Positions 29,723 to 39,707 of a DNA stretch of 64,000 bases are shown here, piece by piece (positions within the stretch are counted from its first letter, which is position 1; each line of letters starts with the position of its first letter). The stretch is taken from contig OZ242322.1 in NCBI GenBank assembly GCA_965208155.1, positions 1,153,732-1,217,731 of the forward strand, in the 5' to 3' direction. The position numbers and the translations under genes are program-made. The notes beneath the pieces are model-generated. The model ran no database searches. It saw only the letters and a list, made by a program, of their open reading frames with translations, and was not told where the DNA came from. This DNA comes from Thermodesulfobacteriota bacterium. GTDB lineage: Bacteria > Desulfobacterota_D > UBA1144 > Nemesobacterales > Nemesobacteraceae.

Positions 29723-31123
29723 TCAGTTCGCCCCCTGTATGATCTCGTCACCCGCCCTGTGGCGGCTTTTTCTCTCGAACACAACGGGGGAGCGGGAATC
29801 AAGGTGCTCTATTATGGAGAGGGCGTAGACAAGCTCCTCTATCTTCGTGTTTTCCTGCTCCATCATGAGCGAGACCTCCTCGCGAAGCATCCTCATCCGC
29901 TCGGCGATCTTTTTTCTGTCCATCGCCGAGAGCGTTCCCCTCATCTGCGAGCTCCCGACTCCGCTCCAGAGGCTTCGCTCCGCCCGCTCAAGCCACGCCG
30001 CAACGGAGAACACGGCTATCGGCCTCGCAAGCGCCGAGACGTAGGTTCCGCCTATCTCGGGATCCACGGCCCCGGCCGAGGAGAGAAGCTTCCACGCGGG
30101 AAAGGGAAGGGCGTCTAGGAACCTGACGGTATCGTCCTGCGGGCGGCGGTTTCCGACTATGGCCGCGTGGGCCTCGAGCAGCTTCTCGGAAACAAGTTCC
30201 GAAAACGGCTTGAAGTTCGCCCCGACGGGCACCGTCGCGGGCGAAGCGCAGTAGGGATCCCCGCCGCAACTGTACACGCTCCCCGCGCCGCCTCCGCCCG
30301 CGAGGTACTCGAGGCTTATGGTCGGGGGCTTGTACTCAGAACCCGTCTGGGTGATTATGAAGGTTCCCGTGACGCTCATCACCTGCTCTTTCTGCTCCTT
30401 TGAGAGGGTTGCCGCGGGAATGGTCCGAAGCGCCTCCCACACGGTGTTCCTGGTCGGCCGCACCAGCTCCTTGTCCTGCGTTACCGTGCCCGCGTTTATG
30501 TCCGCTACGGTGCTTGTCATTCCGCTCTGGGTGCGGCACTCAGAGAGCCCTTCCGCGGGATCGGTGAAAAGCGACTGCTTTACTCCCACGAACGCGCAGC
30601 GCCCCGCCTGCTCTCCCCTGATCACTCCCCCTTCCCCGAATATTCCCTCGGCGAGGCTCTCCCCCGCCCTGCACGTGTCGACGCTCAGCGAGTTTGCGGC
30701 GCGCGAGGCGGCCTCGAGCTTTTCCATTATGTTCTCGCACGGGGAGCAAAGCGTCTTTAGCGCCATCATGAACGCGTAGCTCGCAAACGACGTTCCTATG
30801 GTCTTCATCTTCCGTATGAGATCATCCGCGCTTATGTAGGAGATCGCCCCCAGGAAAAGATCCACCCCTCCGCACCCCGAGCGCAGGTGCGGCAGGCTCA
30901 CCGAGAGCGGCTGTATGGTTTCGTTAGGGAGCCTCACCGAGACCGAGCCTCCGGTGACAAAGCCCCTTGACTGCCCCTCGTAGACCCCGGCCGGAGTGGC
31001 GGTCCCCGAGAGCCCGAGGCGGTCGAACATGCCGCGGACCTCGCTTCCGAGATCGGCCATGGAGACCCGGGGGGAGAAAAGCAGGGTGAAAACAAATACT
31101 GCCACAAGGGATATCTTCCTCAT
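29723..31123 (-). CDS. traH: F-type pilus assembly protein TraH
   Basis: Signal peptide, MFDRLG, GCGGVDLFLG and other TraH hallmarks; 466 aa. Confidence 0.85.
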   Translation of the reverse strand: MRKISLVAVFVFTLLFSPRVSMADLGSEVRGMFDRLGLSGTATPAGVYEGQSRGFVTGGSVSVRLPNETIQPLSVSLPHLRSGCGGVDLFLGAISYISADDLIRKMKTIGTSFASYAFMMALKTLCSPCENIMEKLEAASRAANSLSVDTCRAGESLAEGIFGEGGVIRGEQAGRCAFVGVKQSLFTDPAEGLSECRTQSGMTSTVADINAGTVTQDKELVRPTRNTVWEALRTIPAATLSKEQKEQVMSVTGTFIITQTGSEYKPPTISLEYLAGGGGAGSVYSCGGDPYCASPATVPVGANFKPFSELVSEKLLEAHAAIVGNRRPQDDTVRFLDALPFPAWKLLSSAGAVDPEIGGTYVSALARPIAVFSVAAWLERAERSLWSGVGSSQMRGTLSAMDRKKIAERMRMLREEVSLMMEQENTKIEELVYALSIIEHLDSRSPVVFERKSRHRAGDEIIQGAN

Positions 31124-31956
31124 TTCCCCTCCCCGCCGAGCAGCAAAAGCCCCCTGTCCTCCCCGCTCCCCGCTCCGAGCACTTCCTCTCCCACTACGTG
31201 GAGCCTTCGCCTTATTTCCCCCAGAGTGAGGTAGCCCGTGCCTATACGGGCGATCTTTCTCCGTGAGGGTATGAAAAGGAAAAGCGCCGGCACACGCTCG
31301 ACTCCGAGGCGCGCGGCCTGCGCCGCGCCGTCAACAAAGTGCGGGTAGAGGGGGTGAAGCCCCCTTCCGTCAAGCGACGCCGCGAGTACCCCGATCCCGT
31401 GGCGGCGCTCAAGGGTTTTTATGATCTCCGCCTGCCCGCGGCAAAACGGGCAGTCCGAGCGGAAGAAGAAAACGAGCTTTCCCGCCCGGGATATTTTTCC
31501 GATCACACGGTCCCGCGCGGTTTTCCTGAGATTCCTTGAGATCTCGGCTCCCGCGGCGCTTACCGGGTTATCGACCGTTTCGTCAAGAGCCGGGCTCTCC
31601 CATAGCACCCGTTTCCAGACGCGCGCGAATTCCTCGCTTCTCTCAAGCACCCGCTTCTGGTGCTCCATGTACGCCCTCACGTTCTTTTTTGTCGGCGAGA
31701 GAAGCGCCGCCTCAAAAAGCCTCTCTCCCCTTTTCCTTATCTCCTCCGCACTCGGCTGCCTCCCGGAGGTTGCGGACCGAGCCTCATCCCTGTGCGCGGA
31801 GAAAGGCTCGTACCAGAACCACCCCCTTTCCCTCTGGTCAAAATAGGTCTCCCCGAGGGCCGGGGGCAGCGCAGCTGAAAACATGGCCAGAAACGAAAAG
31901 ACAGCCGCCCTCACCGCTCCCCCTCCCCGCCGCAGCCAAGCGATTCGTCCGGGCAC
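31120..31956 (-). CDS. traF: TraF / TrbB-like thioredoxin-fold protein of F-type T4SS (with CxxC)
   Basis: GWFWYEP N-terminal motif; FFFRSDCPFCRGQAEII thioredoxin-like CxxC. Confidence 0.7.
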   Translation of the reverse strand: MPGRIAWLRRGGGAVRAAVFSFLAMFSAALPPALGETYFDQRERGWFWYEPFSAHRDEARSATSGRQPSAEEIRKRGERLFEAALLSPTKKNVRAYMEHQKRVLERSEEFARVWKRVLWESPALDETVDNPVSAAGAEISRNLRKTARDRVIGKISRAGKLVFFFRSDCPFCRGQAEIIKTLERRHGIGVLAASLDGRGLHPLYPHFVDGAAQAARLGVERVPALFLFIPSRRKIARIGTGYLTLGEIRRRLHVVGEEVLGAGSGEDRGLLLLGGEGK

Positions 31957-33104
31957 ATATCCTCGATATCCTCTACTGTGCCCTCTGCTGACTCCGAAAG
32001 ACCGGGAGTGTCGGCTGTGTCAACAAGTCCCTCGTAAATCTCCGAGAAATCCACCGCGTCAAAGTCTATTTCCTGGAGCTGCTCTGTGGTCATCCCTCCG
32101 CAGTGGGGACTTTTGGCCCGGCCCCAGCCGCCGTTTGCGGCCGTGGGCCACAGGCCTTTTCGTATGAGCTGCCCTCTTGTCTGCTCGTGCACCACCCTTG
32201 CCATCCTGGAATTAAAGCAGCAGTAAACCCTTCTTTTCTTGACGGTGATACCGAATACCTTTTTCCTGTGGATGCCGATATAGTGGCAGGCCCCCGCGCC
32301 GTCCCTTCTCGCGCGAAGCTCCTTGGTGCTCCTGGGGCACGCGCCCGAGAATATCCCCTCTTTTGCGCAGCAGTTCTGTACGAATCCCGCGAGATTCAGA
32401 TCGCAGCGGTAGCGCTTTCCCTTGAATATCGTTACTCCCCCGCCCGAGACATCCGCGCAGTCGATCGGTCCCGCGGTCGCCCCCGTGGCCTCGTCGACCT
32501 CGATGGGTCCGTAGCCCTCGGCGGAACTCTCTCCGTCCCTGGTAGTCGCGAGGCAGCGCTCCATGTCGTCGAGCATGGCCATGCGCGAGGCCACTTCGGG
32601 AAAATCGGCGCTCTGCGCGGTCTGCGTATCGAAACACTCATCCCCCTCTGCGCATCGGACCTCCGTTTCGCACACCCCGCTCTCCCCGCACGAGGGGCTC
32701 TCGATCGGCATCTCGGAGTTTGCGGTCACGGAGCCGGTTTCGGGAGAGGCGGGGCGCTTCGCCGAGCTTTGCTTGAGATGGCCCGCGGCGTCGGAAGTAA
32801 CGGGGTCCCCGCTTTGTATCCGCCCGGCTCCCTCCTCTCTCATCCCTTCCGGATTCCCCGTCCACCGCTCCCCCTCGCGGATGAATTCCTGTCGCTCTGC
32901 CTCTCCGTATCCCGGAACCGTCTGCGGCGAAGAGGGGTTAAGCGCAGAAGAGTGGCGGGAGAGCATTTCCTCTCCGTGGCGGCGCCCTTGGTCAAGGGCC
33001 TCCCGAAAATCGTCCCCGCCTCCCGCCGCGGGCGCAAAGATAAGCGCGAGGCTAATTGTCATAAAAACCGCCGCGAGAGAGTTTTTCAATGAATATCCCT
33101 GCAT
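31911..33104 (-). CDS. traN: TraN (Cys-rich mating-pair stabilisation adhesin), short form
   Basis: C-terminal hallmark ...YCCFNSRMARVVHEQTRGQL...CGG...EQLQEIDFDAVDFSEI. Many Cys. Confidence 0.8.
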   Translation of the reverse strand: MQGYSLKNSLAAVFMTISLALIFAPAAGGGDDFREALDQGRRHGEEMLSRHSSALNPSSPQTVPGYGEAERQEFIREGERWTGNPEGMREEGAGRIQSGDPVTSDAAGHLKQSSAKRPASPETGSVTANSEMPIESPSCGESGVCETEVRCAEGDECFDTQTAQSADFPEVASRMAMLDDMERCLATTRDGESSAEGYGPIEVDEATGATAGPIDCADVSGGGVTIFKGKRYRCDLNLAGFVQNCCAKEGIFSGACPRSTKELRARRDGAGACHYIGIHRKKVFGITVKKRRVYCCFNSRMARVVHEQTRGQLIRKGLWPTAANGGWGRAKSPHCGGMTTEQLQEIDFDAVDFSEIYEGLVDTADTPGLSESAEGTVEDIEDMCPDESLGCGGEGER

Positions 33105-33732
33105 TCGGATCCTCCTTTTTCATAAGCCCGAGAGCGCGGGGAAGCGCTATGTCCCCCAAAACCTTTACGTGGCGAAGCCCCCCGCAGTCCGAACCCGGCA
33201 GATAGCCGTAGGCAAGCACAAGCTGCGGCACCGCCCCGACCGCGAGGCACTCGAAAAGAACGGGGTCTATCCAGACCTCCGCTCCGCCGATGCCTGATAT
33301 CCGCGAGGCGGTTTCCCCGAGGCTCCCTCCCGAAAGTCCCCGCAAAACCATCACCGCTCCCCCGGCCGCGCTCTCCCGTGCCGCCTCCCGAAGAGAGGAG
33401 CGCGGCATCGAAAATGAGAAAAAGTAAAAAAGCCCGGGCGCATCGCCTGTGCCTGCGTTTTTCTCGGCTCCCGGGGGCTTTACCGAGAGCAGCTCCATTA
33501 CTTTTTCGGTTTCTCCGGGGGAGTTTATTTCAGAAAGTGTTTTCTCCGCCCCCGCCACATCAGGCGAGAGCAGCTCTCCCATGAGTTTCCTCGCGCGTGA
33601 GATATCCGCGCGGCCGGGTTCAGTCCTTATTTCCCCGAGCGAAACGGGATTCTCTGCGGGCACTGCCGGCGTTGCGGCTAGCGTGGCCGCGATCAGAGCA
33701 GGCAGCAGTCTTTTTTTCTCCATAGAACCCAT
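33052..33732 (-). CDS. trbC: F-type pilin-assembly protein TrbC (start chosen at the internal ATG with a GGAGAGG RBS)
   Basis: GLFYFFSFSMPRSSLREAARESAAGGAVMVLRGL matches the TrbC_Ftype core. The ORF-track start at 33882 would overlap traU by 190 nt. Confidence 0.7.
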   Translation of the reverse strand: MGSMEKKRLLPALIAATLAATPAVPAENPVSLGEIRTEPGRADISRARKLMGELLSPDVAGAEKTLSEINSPGETEKVMELLSVKPPGAEKNAGTGDAPGLFYFFSFSMPRSSLREAARESAAGGAVMVLRGLSGGSLGETASRISGIGGAEVWIDPVLFECLAVGAVPQLVLAYGYLPGSDCGGLRHVKVLGDIALPRALGLMKKEDPNAGIFIEKLSRGGFYDN

Positions 33733-34682
33733 ACCCAGTCCTCTCCCTCTCCGGGATACCACTTTCCCGCGGCCCAGCGGGCCGTTGTTCTTCCCACGGG
33801 GAAGGCCCCGGTGTTCTTGGGAAACGCGAGCTGAAGCTTGTACTGGTCCTTCACTATGACCCTGTGGGGCCGGGGCGCGCACAGGGAACCCTCGCCCGTG
33901 GTCCTGGGCGCAAGAAGCTCGTTATGCAGTTTCGCGAGCAGCTTTACGGCCGAGAGCGCGTAGACGGCCGGGATATCCCCCGTGGCTCCGTTGTTTCCCG
34001 TATGGGGATAGACGCTTCCCCACGACCCGGCGCACCAGAAAAGCTTGTTTATGCCGAACCCGCCCGCTGCGGCCACGGCGTCCGCGGCGCATGACGCCTG
34101 GGCCGGGGGATTCGCCACGAGGGCTATTTCGGGATGAAGCAGAAACGAAAGCTCGTCGTTGCTCCAGAGGGGATCGAAAGCCGTCAGGTAAGCGAGATCG
34201 AACCCTCCCCGGGTCATGCATCCGAAACTTGAGAAAAGATTGAGCACCGAGAACACCGGGTAGACAAAGTGGTGCGCGTGAAGAAAGGAAGTCCTGTCTC
34301 CCCGCTGCCCGCCTCCCTCTCCGTATGCCCCCGCCGTCGAGAAGGAGGGGAGGGGGAGCTTCCGGCCCCCGAGCGAGGGGAAGCATCCGGGGTGCCTTAC
34401 GACCTCTACAAGCGCCACGGGTTCCCAGAACGAGACCTTTATACCGACCCTGGGGACCGGTGAACCGCAGAAACAGAGAGGAAACCGGCTTACCGTGTCG
34501 GTTCCCTCACCGGGCGTTACGGCCACTCCCCCTATCTTTATCGGGAACATCGCCTTCCAGTCAACGTCTGTGATCGGGTTAAAAAACCTGCCGCCGCATT
34601 TGGGCGACGCCGCAGCCTCCCTTGCGGGGGCGGTGAACAGGGCTGCGAGCAGAAATGCGAGGAGTATCTTTTTTTGGGACAT
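33693..34682 (-). CDS. traU: F-type pilus assembly protein TraU
   Basis: GRFFNPITDVDWKAMFPIKIGG and conserved Cys pattern; 329 aa. Confidence 0.9.
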   Translation of the reverse strand: MSQKKILLAFLLAALFTAPAREAAASPKCGGRFFNPITDVDWKAMFPIKIGGVAVTPGEGTDTVSRFPLCFCGSPVPRVGIKVSFWEPVALVEVVRHPGCFPSLGGRKLPLPSFSTAGAYGEGGGQRGDRTSFLHAHHFVYPVFSVLNLFSSFGCMTRGGFDLAYLTAFDPLWSNDELSFLLHPEIALVANPPAQASCAADAVAAAGGFGINKLFWCAGSWGSVYPHTGNNGATGDIPAVYALSAVKLLAKLHNELLAPRTTGEGSLCAPRPHRVIVKDQYKLQLAFPKNTGAFPVGRTTARWAAGKWYPGEGEDWVWVLWRKKDCCLL

Positions 34683-35040
34683 TCTAGTAATAATGTATTA
34701 CAAAAAAGGGAATAAGGCAAGCGGAATCCGCCCGGGCGGCGAAGTTTCCGCCTGGCTTGCGGGATATGCATTGCGGGAAGTTCTCTTTCTTCGGAAAAAA
34801 AGGCGCGGGGCCCTTCCCGCGGCCCGCAAGCACAGAGGGGGTTTGGATTTTTCAGGCGAATTAACCGCGAGGATAACGGGCAATGTCTCCGGGAAAGCTT
34901 GCGCGTCCGCGAAGCAGGCGATGCTAAAGGAAAATGCTTGTGCTCCCGAGAGCAGATACATTAGATGTCTTGATAATTTTCCCTGTATGATATAATAAGT
35001 TGTATTAAAAATTACTTTTTATATATAATCATATATCAAA

Positions 35041-35355
35041 ATGAATTACACGACTGAACATATAGCCCGCGCGTTACGCAGCGCCCGCGAAGCCCGGGGT
35101 TTTAGCCAGCGCGAACTGGGCGCAAAGACGGGGGTGGCGCAGGGCTATATCTCAAGGATTGAGAACGGGGCTGTTGATCTCAGGGTTTCAAGCCTGGTTG
35201 CGCTTGCCCGGGCTCTTGGTCTGGAACTCACGCTTGTTCCGCGCGCGGTACTGCCCGCCGTGGAATCGATAACGCGCGCCCGCGCCGCCGCGCCGCCGCG
35301 CGGACAGGAGGGCTCGAGGCCGCTTTACGGTCTTGACGAGGAAGGTGATGACTGA
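35041..35355 (+). CDS. hipB: HipB-like HTH_XRE antitoxin
   Basis: RGFSQRELGAKTGVAQGYISRIENG. Overlaps hipA by 23 nt. AT-rich TATAAT-containing promoter upstream. Confidence 0.7.
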   Translation: MNYTTEHIARALRSAREARGFSQRELGAKTGVAQGYISRIENGAVDLRVSSLVALARALGLELTLVPRAVLPAVESITRARAAAPPRGQEGSRPLYGLDEEGDD

Positions 35356-36574
35356 CGTCCATGTTCTTGAAGTCCTGCTTCACGGCTCTTCCGTCGGTAC
35401 GCTGACGCGAGTCGGAGACGACCGCGCGTTATTCGCATTTAACCGCTCCTATATTGAGAATCCCGCAAGACCGGTGGTCAGTCTTGGTTTCAAGGACCGG
35501 TTCGGGGAACTGATTACGGCCTTCCCGCCCACGCAGACGCGGATTATGCCGTTTTTTTCAAACCTGCTTCCCGAAGGCCGTATGCGTGCCTATCTGGCGG
35601 GGCGCGCCGGAGTAAAATCCGTCCGGGAATTTTTTTTGCTCTGGGCGCTGGGCGAAGACTTGCCGGGAGCGCTTGCCGTCAGATCTTCAGGCGGTGAGCC
35701 GTGGCCGTCTGACTCTTCGGATGAAAGTTACGGCGGCGGGAGGAGCGAGAGCGCCCTTCGGTTCTCACTGGCGGGGATGCAGCTTAAGTTCTCAGCCGTT
35801 GAGGAGGCTCGCGGCGGTTTTACCCTTCCGGCAAAGGGGGTTGGCGGTTCATGGATAGTCAAGCTGCCTTCGCTTCATTTTGCGGGTGTTCCCGAGTGCG
35901 AGTTCTCGATGATGACGCTTGCCCGGCTGATCGGCATGGACGTGCCGGAGGTACGGCTTGTGGACATAGACGAGATCGGCAACCTTCCCCGGGATATCGG
36001 CGCTCTGAGCGGGCGGGCGCTCGCCGTAAAGCGCTTCGACCGGCGGGAGGACGGCGGCGCGGTTCACATTGAGGACTTCGCGCAGGTTTTCGGCGTCTAT
36101 CCCGAGGACAAGTACAGAAGGGCGAGAGCGCGCAACATCGCCGGGGTAATAGGGGCCGAGTGCGGGGAGGGGGACGCGGCCGAGTTTATCCGGCGCCTTA
36201 CGTTCAGCGTGCTTATCGGCAATGCCGACATGCATCTTAAGAACTGGTCGCTTGTTTATCCTCCTGGGCGAAACGCTGCTCTGGCTCCCGCCTATGACTT
36301 CGTTTCCACGGTTGCCTACATACCGTCAAGCGAAGCCGCTTTGAAGTTCAGCCGAACCAGGCGCTTTGAGCGTTACTCGGAGGATGAGCTTTCTCATCTT
36401 GCGGCCAAGGCCCTGCTTCCCGAAAAGCTTGTTCTGGACACGGCGCGCGAGACCGTGGAGCTGTTCCGTCAGCACTGGCGTGCCGAGAGAAGGAACCTCC
36501 TGTTGTCCGGCGACGCGATAAAAGCCATTGAGGATCATCTGAGGACTCTTCCCCTGGGAGCGCACCCTGGATGA
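35333..36574 (+). CDS. hipA: HipA family serine/threonine kinase toxin
   Basis: 413 aa; LSLAGMQLKFS, VKRFDRR, GNADMHLKNWSL. Confidence 0.85.
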   Translation: MTRKVMTDVHVLEVLLHGSSVGTLTRVGDDRALFAFNRSYIENPARPVVSLGFKDRFGELITAFPPTQTRIMPFFSNLLPEGRMRAYLAGRAGVKSVREFFLLWALGEDLPGALAVRSSGGEPWPSDSSDESYGGGRSESALRFSLAGMQLKFSAVEEARGGFTLPAKGVGGSWIVKLPSLHFAGVPECEFSMMTLARLIGMDVPEVRLVDIDEIGNLPRDIGALSGRALAVKRFDRREDGGAVHIEDFAQVFGVYPEDKYRRARARNIAGVIGAECGEGDAAEFIRRLTFSVLIGNADMHLKNWSLVYPPGRNAALAPAYDFVSTVAYIPSSEAALKFSRTRRFERYSEDELSHLAAKALLPEKLVLDTARETVELFRQHWRAERRNLLLSGDAIKAIEDHLRTLPLGAHPG

Positions 36575-36837
36575 CTGTTACTTCTTGTCCCTCCACTTGA
36601 TATAGCAGAACTTATTTTTAAGAGGGACAGAAGAGCAGTCGAGAGGAATTCGTCTTTACGGCACGGAATTTGCGCCGGGGGCAGGGGGGAACTTCAGCTT
36701 AACGAGTTCAAGTTTTTCCAAATCTTCAATAGACCATCAAATATCGTTAAGTAGTCTTTTGAAGAATTTGGCACTGTTGCAGGTTTTCTTTGGGTGGTAT
36801 GCGGGGTTTGCTCCCCACCCGCCTCTTCCCTGAACAA

Positions 36838-36915
36838 AGAAATTATGGCAGAGACATGTGAAGTTCAAAATGTCGTATCTGGGTTTCATTGCGGCGGGGG
36901 ATTATGCTCTTTCAG
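36838..36915. repeat. Degenerate copy (~80% identity) of the 3' terminal ~80 bp of the IS4-family IS found at 42826-42905
   Basis: ATTATGGCAGAGACATGTGAAGTTCAAAATGTCGTATCTGGGTTTCA... versus GTTATGGCAGGCAGTAGTGAAGTTCAAAATGGCGTATGCGGGTTTCA... Confidence 0.45.
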
Positions 36916-36920
36916 ACCGA

Positions 36921-37427
36921 TCAAGGGGGCAGCGACACTGCCAAGTCGCTGATCACGTCTGAGATGTATTCACGAAGCCACGGTTCTGGCTCGCGATGCG
37001 ACTTGAGAATGCTTGCTGATTCCCGATCGCCCCATGATTCTGCTGCCCCCACCGCGGCATCCCTGATTTCCACATTATCTGCAGTCAGTGCCCTGCGGAT
37101 GAGTTCAGCGCGCCATGAATATGTTCCAGGTTTCGTCTGACGTCCAAGGCAGCGCAGGACTGACGCGGCAAAGCCTGGATGTTCTTCGTCCAGAGAAAAA
37201 CTCTTAAGCCAGTCGAAAACTTGCCGGTTTTTCGAGGAACGCAGCGCCGTTGCGATAATCCGCTCCGCGGGATGACTCATTCCGCTTTCAAGCTGGCTGG
37301 CTTCAAATGCTGCGTGGAGCCTGTTTGAAAATTGTGTCTGTTCCGGTGACAAAATGTACCTGCCTCCCCGAGTTCCCTTACGGAACGATCTCCGGCTGTG
37401 TTTTGCCTGAAGAGTACAGGGCTTCAT
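36921..37427 (-). CDS. Hypothetical protein (119-168 aa, start ambiguous), overlapping the 3' end of abiEii
   Basis: Helical protein with no motif recognised. An internal ATG at 37280 would remove the overlap. Confidence 0.4.
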   Translation of the reverse strand: MKPCTLQAKHSRRSFRKGTRGGRYILSPEQTQFSNRLHAAFEASQLESGMSHPAERIIATALRSSKNRQVFDWLKSFSLDEEHPGFAASVLRCLGRQTKPGTYSWRAELIRRALTADNVEIRDAAVGAAESWGDRESASILKSHREPEPWLREYISDVISDLAVSLPP

Positions 37428-38301
37428 GAATCTCCGTTAACGTGCCCCTGATATGTGCGCTCAGGGAAGCGACGAATTCCGGTTTCCCCACTGTTTCCGA
37501 CAACGCCGTCTTATCAAGAAATCTCGACATTTCCTGCTGAAACAGCCGCTTTTCAAAATACTCGGGTATCGTATCGATTCTTTCTTCAAGAAGGGATTTA
37601 TAATGCTCGGTTATTCCGCGATCGGCAATTTTCAGTCTGATTAAATCAGACTTCACCACGGCGCCTTTCTGCCGCAGCCACAGCATGTCCCACAAGTCCC
37701 GGGCTTTTATGTTGCTCCGCGCGGGCACCGCGACCAGTTTGTCCGCCAGTATTTCGGAAAGAGAAGAGCACCTGAGGAACATTGTATTGTAGCCGTCGGG
37801 CAAATCCTGATAATTGGTCCTGATAATCTGGGGCGAGACTTCGTACGTGGGAAGGCATGTTATGTCTATGTTGATTCGCTGCTGAGGCAGATCTTTTCTG
37901 TCTCCTCCGGTCTTTATGATAACCTTCCAGGTGCTGACGCGGCTGTTTGCGAAACCGGAGTCTTCCTTCATCTCTTTTGGACTCCTTACCTCTGTTTCAA
38001 GTCCGTAACGGCCGTATATGTAATCCTTGAGTTCAGACCTGATCCTCTCAAATTCCTTCGCCCGAAAATTCACCCCCGCGTGAAAATCAATGTCTTCGCT
38101 GTATCGGTTTGATCCGTAGCACAGACGCAGGCACGTACCGCCCACAAAAGCCATGGGAGGGGGCATCAGGGCCTTGCGCTGCAGGACGTAAAAAATGTCG
38201 TAATGTATCAGTTCCTTTTCAATTACGGGGCGCAGTTGTGCGAGAGCCGGAGCGGCTCCGATAACCCTTCTGACTCTTTCAGTTAACGGGATTGCGGTCA
38301 C
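37378..38301 (-). CDS. AbiEii / AbiGii family nucleotidyltransferase toxin (DUF1814)
   Basis: FVGGTCLRLCYGSNRYSEDIDF NTase motif; 307 aa. Confidence 0.8.
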   Translation of the reverse strand: MTAIPLTERVRRVIGAAPALAQLRPVIEKELIHYDIFYVLQRKALMPPPMAFVGGTCLRLCYGSNRYSEDIDFHAGVNFRAKEFERIRSELKDYIYGRYGLETEVRSPKEMKEDSGFANSRVSTWKVIIKTGGDRKDLPQQRINIDITCLPTYEVSPQIIRTNYQDLPDGYNTMFLRCSSLSEILADKLVAVPARSNIKARDLWDMLWLRQKGAVVKSDLIRLKIADRGITEHYKSLLEERIDTIPEYFEKRLFQQEMSRFLDKTALSETVGKPEFVASLSAHIRGTLTEIHEALYSSGKTQPEIVP

Positions 38302-38944
38302 GGATCACCTCATTATAAGTTTCCATTGAAACCATGTGAATGTTGCGGCCCACTCGCCTCAGATCTTCAAAAGCCGTCTCGGGGTCGGCGATCCTGAGCG
38401 GTCTTGCGTTCTGCCAGCAGGTGTTGCGGATAATCTCGGATTCCCGCCGTGTGGTATGCGTAAACTCTATTGTTCCGTAGGGCGTGGTGTATTTCTGACT
38501 CCTTCCCGTCGTCATCACCGTGAGGTAGTTAAGCGTCATCTGGCTTATTGCGCCGTATTCCGAAAGGGCTGTCTCAAGACTTATGTAGGAGTATTTTCCC
38601 CCGCGAAGCGCAACCGCGACGGATTCAAGCCTGTAGGCGTTGGCGGAGTTCCGTGTATATAAATATACGCCCCGGCAGGCTCTTTCGATTACGCTGCCCG
38701 CCATGGCCCTTTTGAGCGTCTTTTTCAGGTTTTCTTCCGGTTCGCCCGGGAAAACATTCCTGATCATCCCGTTTGTGAAAGCGTGTATCCCATTTTCTGA
38801 CAGCAGATCCAGAAATTCGACTAGCGCGGACATTTTCATTGCTTTGTCTCCACAGAAAAGGTAACTAATTTTCCCCTTTCTGTAAACCTTTTTCGAAAAG
38901 CGGAAGGTCAATCGCGGATCAGCAACTTGCAAGGAATCCCGCAA
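38279..38944 (-). CDS. AbiEi family antitoxin / transcriptional regulator (probable start at the internal ATG 38836)
   Basis: Lies upstream of abiEii with a 23-nt overlap. C-terminal AbiEi_4-like region. Confidence 0.65.
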   Translation of the reverse strand: MRDSLQVADPRLTFRFSKKVYRKGKISYLFCGDKAMKMSALVEFLDLLSENGIHAFTNGMIRNVFPGEPEENLKKTLKRAMAGSVIERACRGVYLYTRNSANAYRLESVAVALRGGKYSYISLETALSEYGAISQMTLNYLTVMTTGRSQKYTTPYGTIEFTHTTRRESEIIRNTCWQNARPLRIADPETAFEDLRRVGRNIHMVSMETYNEVIRDRNPVN

Positions 38945-38963
38945 GCAGTTGATGGTCCAGGGG

Positions 38964-39054
38964 TCATATGCCGGAGGCTCTTGTTCCCTGTTCCGTCATT
39001 TGTTTTTTTCCGTGACTTCTTCTATCAGTGCCAGAAGATCATCTGAAACGCCGG
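38964..39054. repeat. Direct repeat copy A (~91 bp) covering the last ~19 codons plus the 3' flank of the 124-aa gene
   Basis: >90% identical to 44373-44464. Confidence 0.7.
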
Positions 39055-39370
39055 ATGGAAGCAGGTTTTTCCCGTGTTTTCGGCGCGCGGCGATCATAGC
39101 CGCGTAGTAAATCTCTCCTCCGGGATTTATGCTGACCGAGATTACCTTTTCAGGAGACCTGTACCACTCAAAGGAGATGGCTCCGTCAGGTTCCGCAGCT
39201 GTTTGCGGCATTTCGATATCTGGGGGGAGAAGTTCAAGAAAAGCTCTGGCGTCTCGCAGAACTTCTTCTGATACGGGTTCCGCTCTTGCGCCGTCCCAGT
39301 TCTCAGAAGAACATTCCTCAAAAACTTCCTGAAGTTCACGGAAAACTTCGTTGACAGTGATATCGGGCAT
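38996..39370 (-). CDS. Hypothetical acidic protein (124 aa)
   Basis: Complete ORF. Its 3' end is duplicated 5.4 kb away. Confidence 0.5.
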   Translation of the reverse strand: MPDITVNEVFRELQEVFEECSSENWDGARAEPVSEEVLRDARAFLELLPPDIEMPQTAAEPDGAISFEWYRSPEKVISVSINPGGEIYYAAMIAARRKHGKNLLPSGVSDDLLALIEEVTEKNK

Positions 39371-39707
39371 GCTCTTTGTGCTTCTCCGGGGTCATCCGTC
39401 GGGTCAACCGGGAAGAATTTTTTCCTTTCGACGGTTTTATTCATACATGATAACGTATTTTTGTTTTTCTGTCCGTTTCCTGGATTCTTCGTTGTATTAT
39501 TATCCATGGTTGTATGGCTCCTTGTTAAACAGGGTTGACCAGCTTTGCCACCAGACTGGAAAAAGCACCGGCCTTGGTCATCCTGTTAAAACATGAGAAT
39601 GAATTTGCAAGAAAAATCGAACAGGGATCTTATGGCCCGCAGATTAATGATGAAGACTGCCTGCTTGGTGCTTAATCCCGAAAAGTAGGTATTCTGGAAA
39701 CATATTC

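Noticed and set aside
32103-33297. Plus-strand ORFs of 329 and 244 aa inside the traN/trbC region
   Set aside because: High-GC antisense shadows of convincingly homologous tra genes. Arg/Pro/Ala-rich, no start-site signals.
36574-36660. Imperfect hairpin after hipA as a terminator
   Set aside because: Bulged stem, 31-nt loop and no U-tract.
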